A stretch of DNA of 32,583 bases, from the IMG/VR virus record IMGVR_UViG_3300046786_000480, positions 1 to 32,583 of that record; one strand, given 5' to 3'. Source of the DNA: a virus. Its lineage: Duplodnaviria; Caudoviricetes. The notes under the pieces were generated by a model. It searched no databases. It worked only from the letters and a program-made list of their open reading frames with translations, and was not told the origin of the DNA. Shown piece after piece: positions 1-9,259 of this stretch. The stretch's first letter is position 1. Each line of letters starts with the position of its first letter. The position numbers were made by a program, and so were the translations under genes.

Positions 1-12
1 TTCACGCGCCAT

Positions 13-438
13 TTATGCCTCCACCATCGGCAGCCAGTTAAGGACTGAGCCGTCATAAAAATAGGTTGTCCGCGCCCCGTCGTTTGTCTCGTCAGCCAGC
101 ACAATGACAAACCCCGGCGCGGTGCCGGTTACATCAATATTTGCATACGTCGCAAACGTCCCACGGTCGCCGGTTCCGATGGCGACATTGTGCAATGTTT
201 TCGTGATGCTGCCGGTCGTGATGGCAATGTCGTATTTTCCAGAGTCGGCGTAGAACGAGAAAAACCCGTACATGTCAGCGTCGATTGTACTGTCATCAAT
301 GACCGTTGTCCCTGCTGAATCCGACCAAATGACGGCAGCGCCACCACCGGCCAGCGTGACAACAACGGAGGCATACGGCGCAACGCTGACGGATTCGTCG
401 GCGCTGAAAACTGATTGCTGATAGATGTGTTTGGCCAT
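13..438 (-). CDS. Tail fibre/receptor-binding-associated protein
   Basis: Distal end of the tail operon; the motif DADMYGFFSFYADSGKYDIAI resembles N-terminal anchor domains of phage tail fibres/spikes. Confidence 0.5.
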   Translation of the reverse strand: MAKHIYQQSVFSADESVSVAPYASVVVTLAGGGAAVIWSDSAGTTVIDDSTIDADMYGFFSFYADSGKYDIAITTGSITKTLHNVAIGTGDRGTFATYANIDVTGTAPGFVIVLADETNDGARTTYFYDGSVLNWLPMVEA

Positions 439-441
439 GGG

Positions 442-1065
442 TTAGTACTCAATCAAAATGATGCCAGTCGCCCCGGCCTGCCCCGTTCCGCTACCAGCAC
501 CTCCGCCGCCGACCGCATAAGCAATCAGGTCGCCTGGTTCGACGGAAAGGACGCCAATACACGTTGCCCCGCCACCGCCTCCGGGATATCCGCCGCCGCC
601 ATTGAATGGAAGCACGTCGACTCCGATACCGCTGCCGCCATCTCCAAAAACAGTACCGCCGCCGTTGGTAAATCCACCGGTCATCCCGCGAAGATTTAGC
701 GTTCCGCCTGTTGCCGATGCCGCCCCCGTCCCCGCGCCAGCAGAGTCTCCGGCTGGCCCGCCACCAGCCGTCAGCGTGGAAAATGTCGTATCCGTTCCGT
801 CAGTTCCAGCCGATCCGTCTCCGCCGCCGCCTCCGCCTCCGGTAGCGGTAACCTTGATCCGGTAAACGCCATTAGGGACAGTCCAGTTGCCAGAGCCTGA
901 AGTTATAACCGCCATGGCCCCAATGCCGTTAAGCCACGGCGCACCTGTTCCGCGCTGTGCGATGCTGACCGGGTTTGTATCCAGCGCCGACGCAGTTGCA
1001 GCGCGCAGAATCTTGTTCGCGCCGAGGTCGTCATTGTCCAATGTCACATAGCTTGTCGCTGTCAT
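442..1065 (-). CDS. Glycine-rich tail tip/fibre protein
   Basis: WTVPNGVYRIKVTATGGGGGG ... IAYAVGGGG ... GIILIEY is a typical phage glycine-rich tail domain; follows the tail hub gene. Confidence 0.7.
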   Translation of the reverse strand: MTATSYVTLDNDDLGANKILRAATASALDTNPVSIAQRGTGAPWLNGIGAMAVITSGSGNWTVPNGVYRIKVTATGGGGGGGDGSAGTDGTDTTFSTLTAGGGPAGDSAGAGTGAASATGGTLNLRGMTGGFTNGGGTVFGDGGSGIGVDVLPFNGGGGYPGGGGGATCIGVLSVEPGDLIAYAVGGGGAGSGTGQAGATGIILIEY

Positions 1066-2849
1066 AGCAGTACCTTTCCGGCAACGCTGCCGTTTATGAA
1101 TCCGTCATCCGCCGCGATGAACATGTAATAGGCCTGCTCATCTGTTGTCACATCGCTGTACTCATCGCCAGCCGTGAACGTGTCCGGAGCGATGCGGGCA
1201 AATGCGCCAACCCGCCCAGATGCAAACGCATCCTGCCTCGCCGTGATCTTGACCGTGTCGTCACCGCTACGGGATTTTAGCACACGAATGAGTGTCGGCA
1301 GCGCCTCGCCGAACTCATCCACAGCGGCAATTGTGGTCAGGTTGATAAACTCTCCCGTCTTGATGCTGTCGTCCTTGCGGTCTAGTTGTAACTCAACCCT
1401 GAACGGGACAAACGAGCGATTGAGCAGCATCCGGTCAACGAGGCCCGTCAATTCCGCCCGGTTGCCGGTAGGATGCCATCGCCCGAATATCGACTTTGAC
1501 CGGCGTCCGTTGTACTCGTTGACGCCCTGGGAGTCGGCATTGATGGTCACAAAGCCGTCGCGATAGTTGCCGATGTCGTCAATCTTTTTCACGGGGTCGC
1601 GCTGACCCATGGTCACAAAGACCTCGTTAAGCAGACGCTCGGAGTCGTCCAGGCACTTCACCGACCCGCTGATGATATGCTCGTCGTCGTTGATGCTGGA
1701 TATGATTTCCGTCAGGTCAGGCGGGCGAACACACCGATACTGGATTTCGCGGCTCTCCTCGTCCCACCAGATGGCCCACGTCGATGTCTGCGGGACCAGT
1801 TCGTCAAAAGACTTTTTGACGCCTTCAGGGTCGCACACAAGGCGCGTGATCCGGAACCCGGCAATCCATGTCGTTGATTCAGCCAGCCAGTCAGCATAGG
1901 GGATGTAGGCGGAGTCAATGGCAGCGCCATCCTCAAGCAGCACTTGGAAAACATCAATCGGACGCATTGCCTTAAAGTAGGCGCATTTCTGCACCAGGTC
2001 GCCTGCCGCGTGTGTCGTGCGTGTGGTTTCGTACTGGTCGAACCCGCCCACGGTGACGCCGGTCAGCCGGATGCCGCCTGTGTGCGCGGTCGTGCCGGTG
2101 TACTTGTAAATCTCGTCACCGATGCGGACGGCGCTGAAAGACGGCTCCCACGATTGGATTGCGTACTCGGTTGGCCGGTCGGTGATAATGTCCAGCGTGG
2201 TGTAGCTCGTTGTCGCGTCGAGACTGGTTTCCAGTCGGCCAGTGCTGCGAATCGGGTACTCGGCCCTGTCGTTGTCGGCCAGCTTGAGCGGATCTTTTGC
2301 GGTCAAGACGACATTGCCACGGCCCCAGCCTTTCAGCTCCTCGGCAATGAAATCCATGCGCTTGCAGTTCGACAGGCTGAACGGCTTATGCACGTATCCG
2401 CGATACCATTTGACAGAGCGGCCATTGTAAAACGGCCAGCGGTGCTTGAATCGCGGCCAAAACGTGCCGCGCTCCATGGGGTTGTATGTGCGGGCGGATA
2501 GATACGGGTCGATGCCGATGTCATCATGTGGCGCGTCAAGCAAGGTAAAAGATACTGAGGTGCGTTTTCCGAGACCGTTTTCGGGGTCTGGCTCTCCGCT
2601 GTCGGACTGAACTGATTTCAAAAACGGGATGTAACCATCGGGGCAGATGCTGGCCGGAGTGCAAAACGAGAGTGTGAAATCGGACGCGGCGTAGTTTGTT
2701 TTGTCCTTGCAGGTCGCCCATGAGTTGAAACACGTGGCTGTGGCTGTGCAGGGTGCTGTCCCGTTCGTCAGGCTGCACTTTTCGACCGTGATCTGCATCA
2801 CGTCGATGCGCTCGCGGGCTGGGTCAGCTTTGAGGGTGTCATAGGACAT
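1062..2849 (-). CDS. Tail tip/baseplate hub protein
   Basis: 595 aa, second gene after the tape measure; N-terminal Cys cluster (CSL..C...CFNSWATC). Confidence 0.65.
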   Translation of the reverse strand: MSYDTLKADPARERIDVMQITVEKCSLTNGTAPCTATATCFNSWATCKDKTNYAASDFTLSFCTPASICPDGYIPFLKSVQSDSGEPDPENGLGKRTSVSFTLLDAPHDDIGIDPYLSARTYNPMERGTFWPRFKHRWPFYNGRSVKWYRGYVHKPFSLSNCKRMDFIAEELKGWGRGNVVLTAKDPLKLADNDRAEYPIRSTGRLETSLDATTSYTTLDIITDRPTEYAIQSWEPSFSAVRIGDEIYKYTGTTAHTGGIRLTGVTVGGFDQYETTRTTHAAGDLVQKCAYFKAMRPIDVFQVLLEDGAAIDSAYIPYADWLAESTTWIAGFRITRLVCDPEGVKKSFDELVPQTSTWAIWWDEESREIQYRCVRPPDLTEIISSINDDEHIISGSVKCLDDSERLLNEVFVTMGQRDPVKKIDDIGNYRDGFVTINADSQGVNEYNGRRSKSIFGRWHPTGNRAELTGLVDRMLLNRSFVPFRVELQLDRKDDSIKTGEFINLTTIAAVDEFGEALPTLIRVLKSRSGDDTVKITARQDAFASGRVGAFARIAPDTFTAGDEYSDVTTDEQAYYMFIAADDGFINGSVAGKVLL

Positions 2850-3609
2850 GCTTCGGCCCCTCCATCTTCAAAGAGATGCGCATGGCGTCCGTCTGCGAGT
2901 ATGCTGCCGTCGGGTCGCCGGTCACGGCTCCGTACACGACATGCTCCGGGAAATCCTTCAGGTTCCACGCGAGGAACACGCCTACCGTCCGCATCAGTTG
3001 CCGGAGGGCCGGCCAGTTCGTGCCGACCCAGTCCGGGTCGATCATGTCGAACTTGAGACTCTCCTCGATGCGCTGCGACTCGACCGACGTGCCGAGAATC
3101 TGGCCGGTAACACTTGCGGTGTTGCTCAGCTTCTCACTTGGGTTGAAAAGTGACGGTTCGTAGCCAACACCGATGCCGACCGGGATTTGTGTCCTTGCCC
3201 CGGCCTTGAACACAGCAATGCTCGGCGTCGAACTGCACACAATACGCAATGCCGACGCGCTGACCGACTCAAAGACCCACGCCACGCAACCGGCCCCGGT
3301 GCGGCTCAATGCCGAGCCAATGGCAGCCCAGGAACTGCCGTTGTACCATTCGAGGGTGTACGTGCCAGCGGATGCCGTGACGTAGATCGCGGCATAGTTG
3401 ATGGATTTGGAGCCAGAAAACGTCGCCGTGATCGTTGCGCCCGCTGTCGGCGTCCACCGGCTGTAGGTGGTCATGGTCCGCACAGCAACCGATGTACTGC
3501 TGCTGTTCGTGGCCGTCATCGTCGCTGACCTGACCTCATCCGCAATCAGCAGGTGAGGCAGGAACCGGTTAGCGTTCGTGATGGCTGTTGCAATGTGTGT
3601 GCTGCTCAT
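2839..3609 (-). CDS. Distal tail protein (putative)
   Basis: Directly downstream of the tape measure gene with overlapping start/stop; beta-rich composition. Confidence 0.55.
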   Translation of the reverse strand: MSSTHIATAITNANRFLPHLLIADEVRSATMTATNSSSTSVAVRTMTTYSRWTPTAGATITATFSGSKSINYAAIYVTASAGTYTLEWYNGSSWAAIGSALSRTGAGCVAWVFESVSASALRIVCSSTPSIAVFKAGARTQIPVGIGVGYEPSLFNPSEKLSNTASVTGQILGTSVESQRIEESLKFDMIDPDWVGTNWPALRQLMRTVGVFLAWNLKDFPEHVVYGAVTGDPTAAYSQTDAMRISLKMEGPKHVL

Positions 3610-5714
3610 TGTCTTACAAACTCCACTCTGCCAAACCGTGCGCCGTCCACCAATCGTTCGCCCATGGCCTCCATTAGCTCGGCCACATCCTCATCTCGCC
3701 ACAGTCCGCGAGACTGGATGCGGATGTCTACAACGCTGGCCCGCACAGGCTGTTGCTGTGATGATGCAATGCCGGACGTGTCTGGTGCTGATGCTGCCCC
3801 GCCTGCGCTGCCTCCACCACTCGAAGATGCAGACCCGCCACCTCCGAAACTTGTAGATGCAATCGATGCAATGTTTGCGGCTTGGGCAGCGGCGGCGGCA
3901 GCTGCAAACGCAAATGCCAGCGGAGGCCCGCCGAGCTTGCTGCCCCACTTGAAAGCATCAACAACGGATTCGCGGGCGCTTATCAGTGCATTAGCGATTG
4001 CCGCAGCCTTTCCGAGTTCGAAAAGTTTGCGGCTGTGTGTATTCATCAGCGCTGCAACGTCGGTCAGCGCCTTTTGCGTGTGAGTCCTTTTTTCAATGGC
4101 TGATTTTTTGTCAATCGACAGCAGCCTGTTTTCGTGATCCTTGGCCATCTTCTCCTTGTAGGCAATCTGTGATTCCTTGGCAATGTTCTCCATTTCCGCG
4201 TATATGGCGTAGTCGGCCAGCTTGCGCTGATACTCAAGATTTTCGAGTTCGGCCTCTGATGCGAATTGCTCTTGCAGGCGCTGGCGTTTAGCCTCATACG
4301 CCGCGTTTTCCATCTCGGATTCTTGGGCAATCCTGTCCATTTCCGCGACAATCTGGTTATTCCAGTAGATTTGCTGGTCAGCGGCGCGTTTCTCGGCGGC
4401 AGCGCGCTCCTTCTCGGCCTTCTTGTCAGGTTCGGCAGTGGCTGTTGTCTTGCCTTTTCCGCTGCCTTGTTTTGTGTCGAGTATGCCGGTACCGTCCAGC
4501 AGCTTTTCCAGTTCAGCGCGACGGGCCAGGAACTCGCCTTGCGCTTTGATGTTGGCGTTCTCGGCAAGAATGGCAGCAGTCGATGCTTGATAGGCGTCCT
4601 CGTAGGCCTTGTAACGTGCGTCACCACGCGCCAGCGCACCGGAGATGGTGTCGCTGGTGAATATGGCTTTTGATGCCTCTTTCAGTGTCTGAAACCCGCT
4701 CACGCCTTTAGCAACAAAATCCGTGATTTCAATTGTCAGTAGCTTGATGCCGGTGCGGATGTTGTTCGGCATGTCAACGAAGGCCCGCCAGCCTGCGCCC
4801 ATGACGGCTTTGATGGCCGCACCCACGCCGCCGATAGCCTCGCCTGCGCCGTCAATCTCGTCTGCTGCACGGCTGAATGTCTCGCCCCATGTGACGGTTA
4901 GGCGCGTGAACTCGGTGAAGATGGAATTGTCCATGGCTTCGGACAGGCCCATCAGCGCACTAGCCACAGCAGACGATGCGCCGACCGTCTGATCCATTTT
5001 GCCGACGATCTCAATAAATGAGTTTTTGATGGTGGTCGTTGCGCCTGCAATCGTCGGAGCCATGCGCGCAAACTGCTCATCAACAGCTGCCCCTTGCTGG
5101 TTCAATGCCTCGATGACAGCGGCGGATGTAATCTTTCCTTGTTCGCCCAGTTTCCGCAGTTCGCCAACCGTGACGCCCATGCCTTCAGCAATCGCCATGG
5201 CCAGCGCCGGAGCCTGCTCCATGACGCTGTTGAGTTCCTCGCCCCGGAGCGTACCGGACGCGAAAGCCTGCCCGAGTTGGGTCAATGCGGCTTCAGCAGA
5301 CTGGGCGGACGTGCCGGAGATTACCATCAGTTTGTTGATGGTTTCTGTCGTGTCGCCCACTTCAGACAGTGACAGCCCGAGCGCCCCGGCGTTTTGAGCG
5401 AGGCGCTGATAGACTTCGGCGGTTGCTTCGAGCGGTGAGCGGGTACGCTGGGCAATCTCAAACAGGTCAGACTGCGCGGCGTATAGCTCGTCGCTTGATT
5501 TCGTGACCAGTGACAGCCGGTTGGAAATGGTCGTGTAGGCTTCAGCGGCCTGCATGACCTCACGGACACCAAAAGCAGCGCCCAAGGTAACAGCCAGCGA
5601 TTTCATGGCTGATGCCGCCTTTCCGCCCGCTTGCGTCAGCCCACCAAGCGAACCGGATGCCTCGTCAATTTGGCGGTAGTCGGCCCGTAGAATCAGTTCA
5701 GCCAGCGTTGTCAT
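3606..5714 (-). CDS. Tail tape measure protein
   Basis: 702 aa, Ala-rich helical; tape-measure N-terminal motif QLGQAFASGTLRGEELNSVMEQAP; follows the tail chaperone genes. Confidence 0.95.
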   Translation of the reverse strand: MTTLAELILRADYRQIDEASGSLGGLTQAGGKAASAMKSLAVTLGAAFGVREVMQAAEAYTTISNRLSLVTKSSDELYAAQSDLFEIAQRTRSPLEATAEVYQRLAQNAGALGLSLSEVGDTTETINKLMVISGTSAQSAEAALTQLGQAFASGTLRGEELNSVMEQAPALAMAIAEGMGVTVGELRKLGEQGKITSAAVIEALNQQGAAVDEQFARMAPTIAGATTTIKNSFIEIVGKMDQTVGASSAVASALMGLSEAMDNSIFTEFTRLTVTWGETFSRAADEIDGAGEAIGGVGAAIKAVMGAGWRAFVDMPNNIRTGIKLLTIEITDFVAKGVSGFQTLKEASKAIFTSDTISGALARGDARYKAYEDAYQASTAAILAENANIKAQGEFLARRAELEKLLDGTGILDTKQGSGKGKTTATAEPDKKAEKERAAAEKRAADQQIYWNNQIVAEMDRIAQESEMENAAYEAKRQRLQEQFASEAELENLEYQRKLADYAIYAEMENIAKESQIAYKEKMAKDHENRLLSIDKKSAIEKRTHTQKALTDVAALMNTHSRKLFELGKAAAIANALISARESVVDAFKWGSKLGGPPLAFAFAAAAAAAQAANIASIASTSFGGGGSASSSGGGSAGGAASAPDTSGIASSQQQPVRASVVDIRIQSRGLWRDEDVAELMEAMGERLVDGARFGRVEFVRQ

Positions 5715-6043
5715 CGGTTATGGCCCTCTGTACAGCGGACTCTATCCGCATGATTGTTTCCGATTCCCAGCCGTGCAGCGGGATGCCGACCATTTGCGAC
5801 CATGCCTGTAGCTCCTGCCATGTCAGCGCCTGCCCGCGCTTAATCTGGCAGTAATACGCCCACAGGTATTGCAGTTCCTCGGGCGCATCTGGTGTCGTCA
5901 GCGCCTTCGGTTTGCGCCCGGTCTGCCGCCATACGCTCGTCAGGTGGTCGCGGAGTCGTCCGGTTCCGCCTTTTGGGGGCTGCTCAAGTCGGGCTTCGGC
6001 TCGGCAGTGCTCAATGAGCCGGTCGAGCCGCTGCCGAAAAAAA
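5698..6043 (-). CDS. Tail assembly chaperone gpT-like extension, made by -1 frameshift (not in ORF track)
   Basis: The -1 frame after T TTT TTC reads RQRLDRLIEHCRAEARLEQPPKGGTGRLRDHLTSVWRQTG...LQYLWAYYCQIKRGQALTWQELQAWSQMVGIPLHGWESETIMRIE...DNAG*, open up to the tape measure start. Confidence 0.85.
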
Positions 6044-6395
6044 CAGAGGCATCCGATGTGGTGCGGTCGAGCCAGTCAGCCAGATACGGCGCATTGGCCA
6101 GCAGATTCATGACCCCTTCGCGGCTGAAATCATCTTCCAGCGACCATCCGGAGACGGACGAGGCAAGCAGGTCCATCATGGCGGCATCACGCAGTTTCTT
6201 GCGCTCGCTGTCGGGTGTGGCCGGGTCAATCATGGCGGCAGCGGTAAACACGGCTGCCCGTTTCTGCCGGAAAGAATCGGAATCGGTGTGGTGGACATGC
6301 AGCCATTCCGCTGTCAATCGCCCATCACGACCGGGAATCATGACGCGGCGACCAAGGTTGGCCGCCTCCAGGGTGAAGAAATCAGATGCCTTCAT
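5940..6395 (-). CDS. Tail assembly chaperone (gpG-like)
   Basis: Lies between the major tail and tape measure genes and contains a slippery heptamer. Confidence 0.85.
   Translation of the reverse strand: MKASDFFTLEAANLGRRVMIPGRDGRLTAEWLHVHHTDSDSFRQKRAAVFTAAAMIDPATPDSERKKLRDAAMMDLLASSVSGWSLEDDFSREGVMNLLANAPYLADWLDRTTSDASVFFGSGSTGSLSTAEPKPDLSSPQKAEPDDSATT
6036..6042 (-). other. Programmed -1 ribosomal frameshift site T TTT TTC
   Basis: In-frame GTT TTT TTC fits X XXY YYZ; the -1 frame stays open for ~113 codons. Confidence 0.85.
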
Positions 6396-7297
6396 TATGC
6401 GCGCTCAATCTTGAGTTGGGTTGCGTCGCTGCTGCTGTAGATGGCTTGGAAAGGCATCGTGATGCTGATTTCACGCTCGCCGCCTACTTCCGGCTTGCCG
6501 CCTGTGAATTTGACCTTCGGCAGCGTGAATGTGTACGTAGCCACGCCGTCTGTCAGGGTGAACACGATGGCCACTTCGCTTTCGTCCTCGAAGGCATCAA
6601 GCAGGGTGTCGTCCTGATAATACGCAGTCAGCTCGCCGGTGACAATCGAGCGGCCAGCCGCGCCACGGATGCGGGTGGTTTCGCCCACAACCGGCAAATT
6701 TTCAATGCCGTTTTCCAGCGTCAGCTTGATGGCGCTGATGCAGGTCACGGCACTGCCGCCCACCGTGATTGAGCCTGACGGAGAATCCATGACGTTTTCG
6801 TTCGGGTCGGCGGTGTAGGAGCTGCCAGCAATAGCCGTGCCAGATCCTGTGTCGTCCATGCCCAGCACGCTAAACGTGCCGGTGACGATTCCGGTCGCCG
6901 GGCATTCCAGGCTGAACGAGTTGAACTCGCAGCCGACGGCGCGACGGTAGCGGGTGACGTCGGCGAAGAAGCGCTCAATGGTAAATGACCGGCGAGTCGT
7001 GCCAGCCTTCAGCACGTCAGTCGACCACGTCCCCATCATCACAGCTTGCAACAGGTCATCCCACGAGGCATCACGGAACTCAATCCCGATGTCGCCGGAT
7101 GCCTGACGGACGCCGTGGCGGAAGTCGTTCAACTGCCGGTCGGAGCGGATGGTTTCCGACTGGAATGTCTCTTTTTCCAGACCGATTGAATGACTGGTCG
7201 GGTTGATGACCTGAAAAGCCGGAGTGGCCGGGGTAGTGCCGTAGGTGACTTCAGCGATGTACGCGAGCCGAGCCAGTGAACCGCCTGCAATTGCCAT
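6395..7297 (-). CDS. Major tail tube protein
   Basis: LAYIAEVTYGTTPATPAF ... SETIRSDRQ ... RRSFTIERFF motifs of siphovirus tail tube proteins; synteny. Confidence 0.9.
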   Translation of the reverse strand: MAIAGGSLARLAYIAEVTYGTTPATPAFQVINPTSHSIGLEKETFQSETIRSDRQLNDFRHGVRQASGDIGIEFRDASWDDLLQAVMMGTWSTDVLKAGTTRRSFTIERFFADVTRYRRAVGCEFNSFSLECPATGIVTGTFSVLGMDDTGSGTAIAGSSYTADPNENVMDSPSGSITVGGSAVTCISAIKLTLENGIENLPVVGETTRIRGAAGRSIVTGELTAYYQDDTLLDAFEDESEVAIVFTLTDGVATYTFTLPKVKFTGGKPEVGGEREISITMPFQAIYSSSDATQLKIERA

Positions 7298-7299
7298 GA

Positions 7300-7710
7300 T
7301 TATGATCTCCGCACATACGCGCTAAAGTTGATTGTCAAAACTGACCGTAGCCAGCCGTTTTCGGTTGATAGGGTGGTGGGGGTTGCGCCCCAGATTACGA
7401 CCTGCTGGCCATCATGGGTCAGACGTGTTCCGGATGTGTAGTCCGCGCAAATCTCGTCGATCTTTTCCAGCGCCTCGCCATCTCCGCGCCCTGTGCGGTA
7501 CATGAGGTCAACTTGGAAAATGCCGGTGACTTCGTTCGTGCCGTCATCGCCCAGCGTTGCCGCATCGCTGCCAGCCCACAGAACAAACAGCCGCGCATGG
7601 TCGTCGCCCGCTGCCGGATTGTAGTCCCGGTTTGGATAGTAGGTGGTCAGGCCGTAAGCGCCTGCTGACCATGACTCAAACAGCGCGGATTGAATGTCGG
7701 CGAACCTCAT
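7300..7710 (-). CDS. Tail terminator protein
   Basis: Directly upstream of the tail tube gene; GIFQVDLMY..G.G motif. Confidence 0.75.
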   Translation of the reverse strand: MRFADIQSALFESWSAGAYGLTTYYPNRDYNPAAGDDHARLFVLWAGSDAATLGDDGTNEVTGIFQVDLMYRTGRGDGEALEKIDEICADYTSGTRLTHDGQQVVIWGATPTTLSTENGWLRSVLTINFSAYVRRS

Positions 7711-8099
7711 ACCTGATTCTCCGCTGCCGATTGCCTGACGATGCGGAGGATGCGGGCGTGATTGATGCGCACCATGCCACGAGGGGCCTGGCTGCTGCCG
7801 CCAAATTCGATCTTTTCCGCGTAGTCCATGTTATTGACGAGGTAGTTTACCGATCCGGCCCCGCCAATTTTGCGCACGGCTTTTGCAATGGTAGCGCCGC
7901 CGCCCTTGTCTACGTCAGCTGTCGTGCCGGATGTTGGAGATTCTTGCGATGCCTGCCAATTTCCACGCAGTCTCCCGGTATCAACTGGCGTAGACATAAT
8001 CGTGCTGGAAAACCATTTGATTGTGATTCCCCTGCATGTCTCATCCAGCGACTTACCGACGCGACGGGCGAATCGTTCCAGATCGGATTCAAAACTCAT
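7707..8099 (-). CDS. Tail completion/neck protein (HK97 gp10-like)
   Basis: TPVDTGRLRGNW ... NNMDYAEKIEFG.S.QAPRGMVR motif. Confidence 0.85.
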   Translation of the reverse strand: MSFESDLERFARRVGKSLDETCRGITIKWFSSTIMSTPVDTGRLRGNWQASQESPTSGTTADVDKGGGATIAKAVRKIGGAGSVNYLVNNMDYAEKIEFGGSSQAPRGMVRINHARILRIVRQSAAENQV

Positions 8100-8515
8100 C
8101 GCCGAACCCTCACGACATAGGCAAGGATGGTTCCAGCGGGACGCACTTCATTGATTTCCTGAATAGCCCAACTGCCAGCAACACCAGCGCCCAGGATGAT
8201 GCCGGGAGCGCCGCCGACGGTTGTTGCGGTCGTGTCTCCGATGCTGGATACGTCGATGCGGTCGCCCATCCTGACCTCAACATCCGGCATCATGACGAGT
8301 TCGCGGTCTCCGGACTGGATGCGTGTGCCGTCAACGAGACGGCGGGCGATCTCGCGGAAAACGCCGATGGATGCGATGACGGTATTCCCGCCAGATGTTG
8401 GCTTGTTCGTCGTGTTGTCAAAATTGAGCGCAGGCCGAACAATGTTGACCGCCGTCCCGTACTCAGTCAGCAGCCTGGTGACAGTCGCGGCCATGCGGTC
8501 ATAGAAGGCAGTCAT
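8096..8515 (-). CDS. Head closure protein
   Basis: FYDRMAATVTRLLTEYG ... VDGTRIQSGD ... VRPAGTILAY; synteny. Confidence 0.75.
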   Translation of the reverse strand: MTAFYDRMAATVTRLLTEYGTAVNIVRPALNFDNTTNKPTSGGNTVIASIGVFREIARRLVDGTRIQSGDRELVMMPDVEVRMGDRIDVSSIGDTTATTVGGAPGIILGAGVAGSWAIQEINEVRPAGTILAYVVRVRR

Positions 8516-9006
8516 GCGCGCACTACCATCAGCCCGCTGTTTTTCAGCAGCGTCCTGAGAATGGCTTGCGACTCGCGGGTTTTCGTAACCTTCGCGGCTT
8601 GGCCGGGGTTTGCGTATTCGACTTCGACAGCGCCAGCAATGTTCTCACGGACGACGGGGAGTGCCGATGCCGGGTTATACATGTCGAGGCCTGCAACTTG
8701 CTCAACGGTGAGCGCGCATTGGCAGTTGATAACCTGGCGGGGGATTTCGTTGTTGAGCCACGCCCAGCCTTCGATGATGGCGTTATTGCGTGGCCAGGAT
8801 AGCGGTTGGTTGCGCTCTGTCAGCGTACCGACAAAACGGTTCCGGTTTGATTCGAGGTAGTCGGTAGACTTGACGAGATAGGCTTCAACGGTTGCGTCAG
8901 CGGGCAGGGTAATGCCACGCACAGCCGCGTAGAGCTTGAAATCAGCGAGAGAGATGTAGGAGTTGGCCCCGCTTACGACTGAGCCATTTTCAACGACGAT
9001 AGCCAT
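8512..9006 (-). CDS. Head-tail adaptor (DnaT-like domain family)
   Basis: IVVENGSVVSGANSYISLAD ... QPLSWPR ... IPRQV motifs; probable start at ATG 9006 after GAGG. Confidence 0.8.
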   Translation of the reverse strand: MAIVVENGSVVSGANSYISLADFKLYAAVRGITLPADATVEAYLVKSTDYLESNRNRFVGTLTERNQPLSWPRNNAIIEGWAWLNNEIPRQVINCQCALTVEQVAGLDMYNPASALPVVRENIAGAVEVEYANPGQAAKVTKTRESQAILRTLLKNSGLMVVRA

Positions 9007-9010
9007 AATA

Positions 9011-9211
9011 TCACCCCTCAATTATCTCATAACTGCTCGGGGTTACTTCAATTGCAGCCATAACCGTTATTTTTGCAAAAACAAAATCATCGCCTGATGA
9101 TATTTTTCCAATTTCAATTCCTGTGACACCAGTCATGGCAGTGCCATCAACAATCACAACCGTTCCGTTAGCTGTGCCATCAGACTTTATCGAGACGTTG
9201 CTTATTGCCAT
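9011..9211 (-). CDS. Small AT-rich hypothetical protein
   Basis: 66 aa ORF filling the capsid-adaptor gap; visibly lower GC than its flanks. Confidence 0.55.
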   Translation of the reverse strand: MAISNVSIKSDGTANGTVVIVDGTAMTGVTGIEIGKISSGDDFVFAKITVMAAIEVTPSSYEIIEG

Positions 9212-9259
9212 GGCGATTCATCCGCAGGTGGGGTTGTGGGCGTCCTTGCCCGGTGTACC

